From the IMG/VR virus record IMGVR_UViG_3300028549_003076, positions 1 to 64,000 of that record: a stretch of DNA of 64,000 nucleotides, one strand, 5' to 3'. The stretch's first letter is position 1. Each line of letters opens with the position of its first letter. The translations under genes and the position numbers were made by a program. The notes under the pieces were generated by a model, which was not told the origin of the DNA, did no database searches, and saw only the letters and a program-made list of their open reading frames with translations. Of this stretch, positions 26,295 through 36,626 are shown one piece after another. The DNA comes from a virus.

Positions 26295-26714
26295 ATGGAA
26301 AAAATCTTAATTAAGTCAAAAAATGTAAAAGTTTATGGTAAAAAAATGATATTACCAATTGACGGTGAAGTTACTATTTCTGAAAATGGTGAATTAGAAG
26401 TTTCAAAAGAATGTGCTAATTTACTTTTACAATCAGAAAATTATGAATTAGTTGAATCAAAGAATTTAGGTGGTATCAAAGGTTCAAAGAAGGAAAAATT
26501 ATCTGACGCTAAAAATACTCAAAATACAAAAGATATTGAGGAGGAAGATGACCAAGAAGATGAAGATGAATCATATACAAAGGAGCAACTTGAGGAATTA
26601 GAAATTTCTGATTTATTAGATATTGTAAAATCATCAGGTGTTGCTAAAAACAAATATGCTAAAATAGCAAAAGACAAAGAAAAATTAATTGAATACATTT
26701 TAAGTAACATTTAA
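26295..26714 (+). CDS. acidic protein with C-terminal HeH/SAP-like motif
   Basis: EELEISDLLDIVKSSGVAKNKYAKIAKDKEKLIEYIL resembles Rho-N/HeH helix-extension-helix motifs common in phage head-region genes. Confidence 0.5.
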   Translation: MEKILIKSKNVKVYGKKMILPIDGEVTISENGELEVSKECANLLLQSENYELVESKNLGGIKGSKKEKLSDAKNTQNTKDIEEEDDQEDEDESYTKEQLEELEISDLLDIVKSSGVAKNKYAKIAKDKEKLIEYILSNI

Positions 26715-26718
26715 TAAA

Positions 26719-27516
26719 ATGCCTACACTAAAATTTAATATTGAATTCAGCAAAAATGAAGGACTTGTTATGAGTCCTTCAGATTTGTCTGATTTATATT
26801 TGTCAGGGATACCTTTGTGCTATCCTAATGGTGGAAAAATAAGTAGTGATACAATAAAACAAAAAATACAATCAGCACAAAAATTTATTGAAAATTATCT
26901 TTCAATAAAAATATTAAAACAACTTGTTGTTGAAGAACAAGATTTTAATAGAAATGAATTTTCATCTTGGGGATTTATAAAAACAGTTTTTCCAATAATG
27001 GATGCTATAAAACTTGAAGGGAGAATTAATAATGTTACTCAAATAACATATCCTAAAAGTTGGTTAAGTATAAAAGATGGAACAGATAAAACAAGATTTA
27101 GAAATTTACATGTAATTCCAAATACAAGTGATGCTGCTTCAATGAATCAGTATGGAGTTGTATTTTCAGGAATTACTCCACATATAGGTTTGTTTGGAAA
27201 TCATGGAATTCCAAACTATTGGAAAGTAACATATTGCTCAGGTTGGGAGTTTGATGAAATACCTTTTGAGATAATTGATATAATTGGAAAAATAACTGCA
27301 ATACAAATGTTAGCAATAACAGGAGATTTAATATATGGTGCAGGTATTGGAAATCAAAGTATATCACTTGATGGAATTTCTCAATCTTATTCAACTACAA
27401 AGGGTGGAGGGAAAGGTGCTTTTTCAGGTAGGATTGACCAATACAAAAATGAATTAGAAAATTCATTGAAAGATTTATATTCAGAATATGTAGGTATAAA
27501 ATTTAGAGTAATGTAA
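26719..27516 (+). CDS. virion structural protein (head-tail connector region)
   Basis: 265-aa ORF between the capsid and sheath genes, tightly packed. No motif recognised. Confidence 0.55.
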   Translation: MPTLKFNIEFSKNEGLVMSPSDLSDLYLSGIPLCYPNGGKISSDTIKQKIQSAQKFIENYLSIKILKQLVVEEQDFNRNEFSSWGFIKTVFPIMDAIKLEGRINNVTQITYPKSWLSIKDGTDKTRFRNLHVIPNTSDAASMNQYGVVFSGITPHIGLFGNHGIPNYWKVTYCSGWEFDEIPFEIIDIIGKITAIQMLAITGDLIYGAGIGNQSISLDGISQSYSTTKGGGKGAFSGRIDQYKNELENSLKDLYSEYVGIKFRVM

Positions 27517-27517
27517 C

Positions 27518-28303
27518 ATGAGTGGGGAAAATTTTCAAAGGAGAGCAACTGTAAGGAAAACTGCACCAGAGTCAATAGAACATCAGGTCAGATTTGAACC
27601 ACATAGATTTAATTCATTAGTTTTTGATAAAGGATATGATGTTTGGATTGATAAAGCATATAGATGTCCTTGTGCAGTAAAATCAACAGGTCAAGCATTA
27701 CCATCTTGTAATAATTGTTTAGGTATTGGTTGGGTTTTTACAAACAGAATAGAAACAAGAGTTGCAATTCAAGGTATAAAAGCAGATGTTAAATATGAAA
27801 ATTGGACAAAAACTACATCAGGAACAGCAAGAATAACAGCAAGAGCAATTGATAAACTTGCTTTCATGGATAGAGTTATTTTGAAAGATGTTGAAGGATA
27901 CTATAATGAAATTTTAAGAACTGTTAATCAAGGTAGCCATACAATAACATTAACAGAATATCCAATAATTGAAATTGAAGATTTATTTTTATTTGAAAAT
28001 GATAAAACTAAATTAACAAGATTGAAAGAAAATGAGGATTTTGTAATTGTTAATGATTCAAAAATACAATTTACTCAAAATTTCACTAATCAAAGAACAT
28101 TATCAATAAGATATAGACATTATATGACTTATCATATTATTGATATGAATAGGGATATTACAAAAGTTAGACAAAAGGGTTGTGTAATGAGTAATGAAGA
28201 ATTATCAGAAATGCCTATAAATGGTTTGATAAGAAAAGCACATTATTTGTTTGACAATATAAAATATGAACAAGAGGAAAGACTAATAAGAAATGACGAT
28301 TGA
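27518..28303 (+). CDS. virion structural protein with Cys4 zinc-ribbon-like motif
   Basis: CPCAVKSTGQALPSCNNCLGIG contains a CxxCxGxG string. Lies in the connector region. Confidence 0.55.
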   Translation: MSGENFQRRATVRKTAPESIEHQVRFEPHRFNSLVFDKGYDVWIDKAYRCPCAVKSTGQALPSCNNCLGIGWVFTNRIETRVAIQGIKADVKYENWTKTTSGTARITARAIDKLAFMDRVILKDVEGYYNEILRTVNQGSHTITLTEYPIIEIEDLFLFENDKTKLTRLKENEDFVIVNDSKIQFTQNFTNQRTLSIRYRHYMTYHIIDMNRDITKVRQKGCVMSNEELSEMPINGLIRKAHYLFDNIKYEQEERLIRNDD

Positions 28304-29087
28304 TTTAAACATAGATGAGTTAATACAAGAATTTAACTTGCCAACAAATACTGGCGATTATATTGTTGCGTCTTGTGTTGATTCAGTTACTCAGGAGATT
28401 TATAGGAATTGGCAATTAGAAGCAAGTAATGCCTTAAATTCAACCAGAAATGAGTATATAAACAATCTTCAAATCATAGATAATTCAAAATATAATAAAA
28501 CTATATTATTGACAGGAAAATTACCAAACATGCTTGAAAAAGGAATTTCTGCTTTTGATATGAAAGAAGGATTCAAAAAATCAAACAAAGTAAAATATTC
28601 AGTCAAAACAGATAAAAATGGAAAAACTACTTTTAGTTGGTATTTAACAATTCCATTCAGAATAGGTACTCCTGGAATTGTTGGTGAAAATGCTGCTTTT
28701 AGTGGAATTATGCCTCAAGAAGTTTATGATATTGTTAAGCAATTTTCAAAAAATCAATCTTTAAATAAAAGAGATATTCCATCACCATTCAATGTTCCAA
28801 GAAGTCGTGCTGCAATAGTTTTACCAACAAGAACAATTCCAGAATATAGACACAAGTCAAGTATTTATGATGGATTGACTAAAAAATCTTCAGCATATGG
28901 TAATTCAATACAAAATTATTATATGACTTTTAGGAGAGTTAGTGAAAATTCTGACCCAAATTCTTGGATTCATAAAGGAATTCAAGCACACAATCTAATG
29001 AAAAAAGCAGTATCTGCTACTGATGTTCAAATGATTGTTGATAATAATGTTGACAAAATACTTTCAAATTTAGGTTATGGTAAATAA
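28293..29087 (+). CDS. virion structural protein (connector/neck region)
   Basis: 264-aa ORF overlapping both neighbours. No motif recognised. Confidence 0.55.
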   Translation: MTIDLNIDELIQEFNLPTNTGDYIVASCVDSVTQEIYRNWQLEASNALNSTRNEYINNLQIIDNSKYNKTILLTGKLPNMLEKGISAFDMKEGFKKSNKVKYSVKTDKNGKTTFSWYLTIPFRIGTPGIVGENAAFSGIMPQEVYDIVKQFSKNQSLNKRDIPSPFNVPRSRAAIVLPTRTIPEYRHKSSIYDGLTKKSSAYGNSIQNYYMTFRRVSENSDPNSWIHKGIQAHNLMKKAVSATDVQMIVDNNVDKILSNLGYGK

Positions 29088-29769
29088 TGCAATTTTAATG
29101 CCAGATGTAATAATTTACAAAACATTGAAATCAATTTTCAATATTGTAAAAAAAGATTATGATGATGCACCAGATAAGGAAAAAACAATACTTTATGATA
29201 TATTTGGCAAAGATGAAAATGATAATGTTTTAGAATTTGAAACATTCAATTATTTCAACCAAGCAGTAGAAATTTTTGTATTAAAACAACCTCAAATAAA
29301 TATTGGATACAATATGGAAGTGTCTGCTATGGGTTGTGTACATATACTTTTACCAAGTGAAACTGGAAAAGATTTAAACATAGGAGCATCTGAAAATTAT
29401 CAAGATTATGATGAAGATGGAGAAGATGTTGATGGAAATCCTACAAGATATAAAGAAATTTACAATCAGATGTATGATACAACTTATAACTTAATGATAA
29501 CATCAGAAAACACTTTTGAAGTTATTTTAATTTACAATTTATTAAAAGCATCTTTTATAGCATTAAATGCACATATTGAACTTGCTGGTTTACGTTTGCC
29601 AAAAGTTAGTGGTCAAGATGTTAATATTCAATCTGATTTAGTACCTACTCACATATTCCATAGAAGTTTAATGTTGAATTTTCAATATGAGTGTAATGTA
29701 AGTGATTTTTTTTACAAAACTATGGTAAGGAATTTTAACATAACAGGTATTATAATTTCAAATCCTTAA
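29077..29769 (+). CDS. virion structural protein (connector/tail-terminator region)
   Basis: 230-aa ORF upstream of the sheath gene. No motif recognised. Confidence 0.55.
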   Translation: MVNNAILMPDVIIYKTLKSIFNIVKKDYDDAPDKEKTILYDIFGKDENDNVLEFETFNYFNQAVEIFVLKQPQINIGYNMEVSAMGCVHILLPSETGKDLNIGASENYQDYDEDGEDVDGNPTRYKEIYNQMYDTTYNLMITSENTFEVILIYNLLKASFIALNAHIELAGLRLPKVSGQDVNIQSDLVPTHIFHRSLMLNFQYECNVSDFFYKTMVRNFNITGIIISNP

Positions 29770-29780
29770 TTTTTTATAAT

Positions 29781-30008
29781 ATGAAAGTAATTGAATTTGC
29801 AATAAAAAATAAGTTTTCTAATTCAGACCAAGAAGTTGTAAAAAAAATGTATGGTAGTGAAGAAAAAACTGAACAAGAATGGTTTTCTATTTTAAAAGGA
29901 AAAATCAATTTCAATGTTGATAATTATCCTAAAAGTAAAAAATTAGAAATCATTGAAAAAATGAAAAACAAGAAAAAAGAAAACAAAGAACAAGAAACTA
30001 ATAAATAA
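29781..30008 (+). CDS. hypothetical protein
   Basis: 75-aa Lys/Glu-rich ORF. Confidence 0.45.
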   Translation: MKVIEFAIKNKFSNSDQEVVKKMYGSEEKTEQEWFSILKGKINFNVDNYPKSKKLEIIEKMKNKKKENKEQETNK

Positions 30009-30016
30009 TTTAAGAT

Positions 30017-31963
30017 ATGGCAACAGTAGTAAATTTTAACGGCAAAAGAATTATTGAGCCAGGAGTTTATGCTCAAATAAAAAGTGGAATTCCAGCCAGA
30101 CCAAATAATTTTTCATTTGGTAATTTACTTGTAATAGATACAGGGAAAGGTTCAAAGTTTGGAGGAGGTTCAGGTATTAATGGGCAATTTTCAAACGGAT
30201 TAAATTCAATATATTCATTTGATGATGTAGATGATTTCAAAGGTTTTGTTAAGGGTGGTTTATTCTATGATTTAGCTGACTATATATTTACTCCAGCAAA
30301 TAATGCGGCTGGACCACAGACAGTATATATAGCACGTGCTGCTCAAACTATTCCTGCTGAAATTATGTATGAATTTTTATCAAGTGCAAATGGAGGTACA
30401 TTATCATTTTTGTGTAAAAATGAAGGAAGTATTGGAAATGGAGTTACAGATGAAATTCCTGGAAAAACTGTAATTAGAGTAGATGCTACATCAGTATCAT
30501 CAGGTCAATTATTTGAATTAGAAGTTGAGAATGAATCAATAGGTTCAGTAACATTAACATCAAATTCAATAATTGAAGCAGTTGTTTCATTATCTAATGA
30601 AATCAATTCTGGAAATTCTGGATATACTTCAAAAGTTGAAGGAAATACTTTATTATTATTTTCAAAACCAAATGTAGGTAATCCTGAAGGATTTTCTGTA
30701 TTAGCAATAGGTGATGTTCAAATTTTACCTTTCACTACAAACACTTTTACAGGTTGGGTTGCTGGGACAAAATTATCAAAAGGTTATGGTGCTCAAATGA
30801 AAAAATCAGACAATGATTCAACAAAATATATAATTCAAATTTTTGAAGGAACTTTTGCTGGATTGACTGAAAATGGTAGGAGTATAAATGGTTTGACGCC
30901 AACTCAATCAAATCCTAAATTAATTACAACAAGTGTTGAATTTGATAATATAGATACATTAATTCAATGGTGTAGAAATGATTTTATTTTCAATAAACTT
31001 TTTGAATTAAAAGATGACTATCAAATAATTGGTGATGGTTCACTTATTGAAGCAGATTTTTTAGCAAATATTGAATTAAATTTAGCAAGTGGAGGTTCAG
31101 AAACTTATAATCCTGCTGATTTAGACAGATTGCTTGAAGACATTCGTGAATTAGATAATACTTTCATCTTATCAGATAGATGGGGTGATGAAGCAAGAGG
31201 TGTTGAAAATAATAAAATTTTACAATACATAAAAAATGTTTCTGAATTTAACAAATTTTTAGTTATTGGAGGAGGTTCAGATGAAACTAAATTTGATACA
31301 GGTGATAATTCAAGTATTGAAATTGCAAAATATTTTGATACAACAAGTGTAATTGTAGTTCATGATGGAGAAAAAAGATATAATCCTTTTGATGGTTCAA
31401 AAGAGAAACTTCCGTCAATATATCATGCGGCAAATGTAGCTGGTAGATTAGGTGGTTTAGAGCCACAAGAGTCAGGAACTTTTAAAACTTTAAGAATTAA
31501 AGAATTTAATCACCCTCTTGGTTTAAAACAACGTGAAAAAGCACTTCAATATGGTGTTATACATAGTAGAAATGTTCCAGGAATAGGTAATGTTATTAAT
31601 CAAGCTGTAAATACTTTACAAAACAATACAAGATTAATTAATCCAGATGGTACTTCATTTGAAATATCAATCATGAGAATTGGTGCACAATTAAACAAAG
31701 AATTAACATTAAACATGAGACCTTTGTTTATAGGTAGTAATTGGGGCAAATCAAGTCCTGCTGATGTTAAAGCATTTGTTGAGGGTTATTTGTTAAATAA
31801 GACATCTACAAGTGCAAGGGATAGTTTAATCATATCTTTCAAAAATGTAACTGTTCGATTGATTGAAGATTATTATGATATAAAATATGGATTTGTTCCA
31901 AATGGGCCAATCAATAAAATGTTTATTACAGGCTTCATGCTTGATGCTAATCTTAATGCTTAA
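30017..31963 (+). CDS. tail sheath protein
   Basis: 648 aa. The N-terminus KRIIEPGVYAQIKSG is typical of sheath proteins. Immediately followed by a tube-sized gene, a chaperone pair and the tape measure. Confidence 0.85.
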   Translation: MATVVNFNGKRIIEPGVYAQIKSGIPARPNNFSFGNLLVIDTGKGSKFGGGSGINGQFSNGLNSIYSFDDVDDFKGFVKGGLFYDLADYIFTPANNAAGPQTVYIARAAQTIPAEIMYEFLSSANGGTLSFLCKNEGSIGNGVTDEIPGKTVIRVDATSVSSGQLFELEVENESIGSVTLTSNSIIEAVVSLSNEINSGNSGYTSKVEGNTLLLFSKPNVGNPEGFSVLAIGDVQILPFTTNTFTGWVAGTKLSKGYGAQMKKSDNDSTKYIIQIFEGTFAGLTENGRSINGLTPTQSNPKLITTSVEFDNIDTLIQWCRNDFIFNKLFELKDDYQIIGDGSLIEADFLANIELNLASGGSETYNPADLDRLLEDIRELDNTFILSDRWGDEARGVENNKILQYIKNVSEFNKFLVIGGGSDETKFDTGDNSSIEIAKYFDTTSVIVVHDGEKRYNPFDGSKEKLPSIYHAANVAGRLGGLEPQESGTFKTLRIKEFNHPLGLKQREKALQYGVIHSRNVPGIGNVINQAVNTLQNNTRLINPDGTSFEISIMRIGAQLNKELTLNMRPLFIGSNWGKSSPADVKAFVEGYLLNKTSTSARDSLIISFKNVTVRLIEDYYDIKYGFVPNGPINKMFITGFMLDANLNA

Positions 31964-31985
31964 TAATTTTAAAAAATAATACAAA

Positions 31986-32474
31986 ATGGCAAATAATAAA
32001 GTAATGACTGCACCTTTGGCAATTATCAAAGTAAATGGTATTGCAATTGGTAAGATGAAATCAATCAGAGTCAGTGAAAGTATAAATAGAGGTTATGTTC
32101 AAGGTATTGGAGAATTGACTCCACAAGAACTTCCTGCCTTAAAATGGAATGGAACTTTGAATGCAGGTTTTTATTCTATAAAATTTAACAATCAAGATGA
32201 GCTTATTAAAAATGCTTTATTGAGAAATGTTAACAACTTGCAAGAATTTGTTGATACTGTTCTTTTACAAGAAGATGGGATACAAATTGACATAATGAGA
32301 AAAAAGAAAGATTATCAAGACCCAGCAACAGGAATTATATATCCTCAATTAGAAGTTTTTGCATCTGTTAGAGGTTGTTTTGCTTCAAAGGAAGGTTTTG
32401 ATATTTCAGAGGGTCAAATTTCAGGACGTGATGTAGATTTTGAATACATGACTCCTATAATTTTCTCATTGTAA
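31986..32474 (+). CDS. tail tube protein
   Basis: 162 aa, directly downstream of the sheath gene and followed by a terminator. Confidence 0.75.
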   Translation: MANNKVMTAPLAIIKVNGIAIGKMKSIRVSESINRGYVQGIGELTPQELPALKWNGTLNAGFYSIKFNNQDELIKNALLRNVNNLQEFVDTVLLQEDGIQIDIMRKKKDYQDPATGIIYPQLEVFASVRGCFASKEGFDISEGQISGRDVDFEYMTPIIFSL

Positions 32475-32494
32475 AAAATATTGAAAAAGGGTTG

Positions 32495-32527
32495 AATGGC
32501 AATTTGAAATATAATTGCCATTTTTTA
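32495..32527 (+). terminator. rho-independent terminator after the tube gene
   Basis: aatggcaatt-tgaaatat-aattgccatt followed by ttttt. Confidence 0.7.
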
Positions 32528-32555
32528 AAATTGTAAAATATTAAAATTAAATATC

Positions 32556-32942
32556 ATGAGTGGACAAATTTCAAAAAACATTACTTTATTTGGAAATGAC
32601 TATATAGTCAAATTTCCTAATGTTGGTCAATTAATGGATATAGAGTCAATGAAAATGGCTTTGACTAATAATAACTACTCAGAATGGGCTTTCAGTGGAT
32701 TAAAGATACACATATTCCAATTAGATATTGCTGATGCAATTTCGTACTTATCAGTGTTAATACCAGAATTGAAAAATGATTTAGGTTTAAAAAATTGGCG
32801 AGAACTTGATGCTTTGCGTTCAAAGAAACTTGTTGAAGAATTTAAAAAATCATTCATTCCTTGGTTCAAACCATTATTAGATGAATTAACACTTCCTGAA
32901 AATGAACAATCTGAACAAGAAAAACAAGACAATAATTCGTAA
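32556..32942 (+). CDS. tail assembly chaperone (G-like), by position
   Basis: 128-aa acidic-tailed ORF between the tube and tape-measure genes. Confidence 0.55.
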   Translation: MSGQISKNITLFGNDYIVKFPNVGQLMDIESMKMALTNNNYSEWAFSGLKIHIFQLDIADAISYLSVLIPELKNDLGLKNWRELDALRSKKLVEEFKKSFIPWFKPLLDELTLPENEQSEQEKQDNNS

Positions 32943-33204
32943 AAATATAATTGATTGGAACAATAAATATCCAATTGATTTTTTATGGAGAAAGAAATAT
33001 GGCGTTGCATTTGGAAGTCCAGAGCATCGCCAAATGTCTTTTTTAGATATGAAGTTTGATATTGAGGAAGAAATATTCATGAGAAATTTAGCAAACAATT
33101 CAGATAAAAAACAAGATGAGAAATCAAGTATGAATAAAATTGAAGAGGATAAATTGTTTGATGATTTAGATATTGATAATTTAGATAAATATATGGCAGA
33201 ATAG
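32902..33204 (+). CDS. second tail chaperone ORF (T-like), overlapping in the +1 frame
   Basis: Overlaps 32556-32942 by 41 nt. Its frame opens at 32890. It has its own ATG at 32902. Confidence 0.45.
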   Translation: MNNLNKKNKTIIRKNIIDWNNKYPIDFLWRKKYGVAFGSPEHRQMSFLDMKFDIEEEIFMRNLANNSDKKQDEKSSMNKIEEDKLFDDLDIDNLDKYMAE

Positions 33205-33206
33205 TT

Positions 33207-35096
33207 ATGGCAGATGTTAATGTAAATATACGTGGACGTGATGATGGATTGAGTGCAACACTTGATTCATTGCGTGATAAGGCAAATCAATTAGGAAGAG
33301 ATATTGGTAATTTGGACAATGTCGATGCTCTGACAAAAACTGAAAAAAGACTTGAAATTGAAAGAGTTACAAGGGAAGTTGCTGAAGAACAAAAAAGAAG
33401 GATTCAAGAGGAATTTGCATCAATACGTGAAGAAAATTTACGTGAATTTAATCAAACAACTATTGATTATGCTGCTGGTAGAATTTCTGAACGTGATTAT
33501 AATGAAAGTGCAAACAGGTTTGACCAAGCCAATACAGAACTTAATAATGATGAGGCGCATGAATTAGCAGCACTTGAAAAAGAAGCAAATCATCATTTGA
33601 AATTAATTTTAAGACAACTTTTAATTCAGGAAAGATTAGACCGTGAAAGAAGACAACGTGATGGTAGTGAATTTTCTGAAGGAAGTATTGGTCATTTACT
33701 ACAACAAAACTCACAATTAAGAAATCAACAAAGAGGAAGTACTGACCAATCAGAAATTGATTTATTACAAGAACAAATTGAATCAAACAACGCAAGAATA
33801 AATGCGATGAGAAACAACTCATCTGGTGATGACGATGGAGGTGGAAATGGTGGAAATTTTAATAGATTTACATCAGGAATGCAACAAGGTGCAATGAGTG
33901 CAGCAAGAGGGGATTTATCAGGCACTGTTATGGGTGGTTTACAGATGGCAGGAGGTGTTGGAAAACTTGCGACTGGATTAACTATTGCTGGTATAATTGC
34001 AATGGTTATAAAGGAATTTATTGGTCATGGAGAAAAAATACAAGAAGCAATAGGAGGAACTGCTGCAATGAGAGGTGGTAGTGGAGGAACTGCTGGTGTT
34101 TTTAATCAACAATTACAATCAAAAATAGCAACTACTAATATACTTGGGAATTTAGGTTTATCAGGAGATGAATTTGCAGGAATTGTTAATCAAAAAGCTG
34201 CTGCTTCAAGGATGGCTGGAAATAATGTTACAGGAAGAGCATTAGATGATTTTGCTTTTCAAAAAGGTTTTGGAGCTGATGTAGGTATGTTTTCAGAATT
34301 TGAAAGATTTACAAAAGGTCAAGAAACTGCTACTGACATTGGTTTGGATGTTTTGAATGTTTTAACAAGTATTGAAAAAAGTAGTTTAAAAGAAAATGAT
34401 TTATCAGTTTTAGCTGAAAAATTACAAGCTCAACAAAGCATTTTATCATTACAAAGAAGTAAACGTGATGTTGTAGATAATGATTCAGCATTGAGAGTTT
34501 TAGCAGCATTTGAGAATATTGGATTATCAGGCAAAGGAGAAAAAGCAGGTGATTTTCTTAATCAAACTATACAAGGACTTGGAGAGGGTGGTAGTGATAA
34601 TGCTATGTTATTCAAATATGAAGCAGCAAAAAGAGCAAGACCAGATTTAGCAAATGACCCAGCTGCTTTAAGGAGATTTGTAAAGTTTAATTCAGATGAC
34701 CCAAAATACATTGCTGAAAGTATGAAATTCTTTGGCTCAGCCGCAGGAGGTTCAGAAATGGCGATGGATGATATGATTTATACTTTATTCAATCCACAAT
34801 CAGAAATGGATATGGATATTTATAAAAGAGCAATGAAAGGTGATGCAGGTTTTTCAGGTGCTTTAAATGGAAATATTGATAAGTCAAGAAAAGGAACTTT
34901 AAATAAAGATGTTATGTATGCTGATGCTCAAACATCAGTTGGTGCAGTTACAACAGCAATGTCTGATTTTAGTAATTCAATGCAAGAGTTTTTTGTAAAT
35001 ATGGAAAATTTCTTTAAAAATCCTTTAAAAACAAGCATTATAAATTGGCCAAGTTGGTTAAGTAATAGTGATAATTCAACAAGAAAAGGAAAATAA
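33207..35096 (+). CDS. tail tape measure protein
   Basis: 629 aa. Coiled-coil N-terminal third, Gly-rich hydrophobic segment GGLQMAGGVGKLATGLTIAGIIAMVI. Canonical position after the chaperone pair. Confidence 0.85.
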   Translation: MADVNVNIRGRDDGLSATLDSLRDKANQLGRDIGNLDNVDALTKTEKRLEIERVTREVAEEQKRRIQEEFASIREENLREFNQTTIDYAAGRISERDYNESANRFDQANTELNNDEAHELAALEKEANHHLKLILRQLLIQERLDRERRQRDGSEFSEGSIGHLLQQNSQLRNQQRGSTDQSEIDLLQEQIESNNARINAMRNNSSGDDDGGGNGGNFNRFTSGMQQGAMSAARGDLSGTVMGGLQMAGGVGKLATGLTIAGIIAMVIKEFIGHGEKIQEAIGGTAAMRGGSGGTAGVFNQQLQSKIATTNILGNLGLSGDEFAGIVNQKAAASRMAGNNVTGRALDDFAFQKGFGADVGMFSEFERFTKGQETATDIGLDVLNVLTSIEKSSLKENDLSVLAEKLQAQQSILSLQRSKRDVVDNDSALRVLAAFENIGLSGKGEKAGDFLNQTIQGLGEGGSDNAMLFKYEAAKRARPDLANDPAALRRFVKFNSDDPKYIAESMKFFGSAAGGSEMAMDDMIYTLFNPQSEMDMDIYKRAMKGDAGFSGALNGNIDKSRKGTLNKDVMYADAQTSVGAVTTAMSDFSNSMQEFFVNMENFFKNPLKTSIINWPSWLSNSDNSTRKGK

Positions 35097-35097
35097 A

Positions 35098-36615
35098 ATG
35101 GCAAAAACAATAAGTTTAGAATATAATGGTGAGTTAGGATATTTAGCAACTATTGAAGAAGTTGTTTTGAATGTCTTCAAAATCTATGCAATAACGCCAG
35201 AGCAATTTTTAGACTATAAATACAAAGAAATAACAAACAGAGAAATTATATTTTTACATTATACTTTGCAACAAAAAATAGATTTACAATTTGCAGATGA
35301 TGATGGAAACGTTACAAAAACAAATATAGATGTTACATCAAAAATGATTTGTCCATTTGTAACATTCTTTATAGATGCAAAATATGTTACAAAAAATTTG
35401 ATATTAAATAATAGTACATTATTAACAGATGATTTTTCAGTAACACAACAAGAGGAAAATGAATATGGTAATTTTTTAGGAACTTTAAAAATAAACCAAT
35501 TTTTTGAAAATTATGTTTCAAAAGTAAAAACTGTTGATATAGAATTGCCAAATATTAATTTTCAAAATGAAAAAGAAAAATTTGTAAAAAATAAAAAACA
35601 ACATTTGAATCCAACAGTTTGGATTTGGTGTAAAAGTTTAAATGAAAATCAAAAGTTTAATAATTATTCAATATTTGATTTAACACCATTTATTGAATCA
35701 ATTGAAACAAGCATGAGTGAATCAGGTGGTAATTTCAATTTAAAATTATTATCAATTGAAGGTTTTATAAATGTTGATGAGACAGGTGAAGCATCAGGAG
35801 TTTGGAGTGTAAAAAAAGATAGATATTTATCATTCAATGAAGACAATAGACAAAATTTTCTTTTTAAAAACTATATAAATTCAAGATGGTTTCAATCAGA
35901 ACAAGAAATATATACAGGTGGTGCTTATGTTGAAAGGATAAGAAATTATGATAATCAAATAGGAGTTGAGACAGTAAATGTTTCAAGAAAAATACAAAAA
36001 AATTCAATATCAAGTGATTTTTTCTTTAAAAACTTAATATCAGAAAATGATATTGTATTTATATCTTTCAATGAAATTGATGTTTTACCTAAAAATGATG
36101 ACTTTTTTATAAGTAATGACAGGATTCCTTTGAATGATTATCATATGATTGGTTTGATAGACAGAAATTCAATATCTACAAATTATGATGGAGCTGAAAT
36201 TTCAACAAATGTTGGAGGAAGAGATTTGATGAAATTATTGATTGAAGATGGTAGTTACTTTTTTCCAAAATCATATTCAAATGAAACTGATAATAGTATT
36301 TTTGAAAATGTTGATTTACCCAATTCAGGAGATGATGTTAATACAACAAATAAAGTTATTGATAATGGACAAAAGGGTGCAAATAGATTAGTAATGTCAG
36401 GAATGATTGAAAATCTATTTTTAGCTGAAGCAAGAAATGTACATTTTGTTATGAATTTATTAATGTCAACATTATCAAATATTGAAATTTGTCCATCAAA
36501 ACTTTTTGAGTATTATGGAGACAGAGTAACACAATTTCAAATACCAATCTATGAAACTGTTAAGAAATCTGAACTTGTTGAAGAGGATGATAAAATTGAA
36601 GATGTAGATTTATAA
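35098..36615 (+). CDS. baseplate/tail-tip protein
   Basis: Start taken at the ATG at 35098, 2 nt after the tape-measure stop. 505 aa. No motif recognised. Confidence 0.55.
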   Translation: MAKTISLEYNGELGYLATIEEVVLNVFKIYAITPEQFLDYKYKEITNREIIFLHYTLQQKIDLQFADDDGNVTKTNIDVTSKMICPFVTFFIDAKYVTKNLILNNSTLLTDDFSVTQQEENEYGNFLGTLKINQFFENYVSKVKTVDIELPNINFQNEKEKFVKNKKQHLNPTVWIWCKSLNENQKFNNYSIFDLTPFIESIETSMSESGGNFNLKLLSIEGFINVDETGEASGVWSVKKDRYLSFNEDNRQNFLFKNYINSRWFQSEQEIYTGGAYVERIRNYDNQIGVETVNVSRKIQKNSISSDFFFKNLISENDIVFISFNEIDVLPKNDDFFISNDRIPLNDYHMIGLIDRNSISTNYDGAEISTNVGGRDLMKLLIEDGSYFFPKSYSNETDNSIFENVDLPNSGDDVNTTNKVIDNGQKGANRLVMSGMIENLFLAEARNVHFVMNLLMSTLSNIEICPSKLFEYYGDRVTQFQIPIYETVKKSELVEEDDKIEDVDL

Positions 36616-36626
36616 AAAATGTAAAT

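Noticed and set aside
32675-33010. 111-aa minus-strand ORF, and all other 60-107-aa minus-strand ORFs in the track
   Set aside because: Each is fully nested in a longer, motif-supported + strand gene. Their composition (Leu/Phe/Ile/Ser-rich) is what the reverse complement of AT-rich coding sequence produces. No promoter or terminator supports minus-strand transcription.
33352-33567. Nested + strand ORFs in alternative frames (33352-33567 in the tape measure gene, 4431-4712, 51333-51614)
   Set aside because: They sit entirely inside longer genes with clear identity, and no evidence for overprinting is visible.
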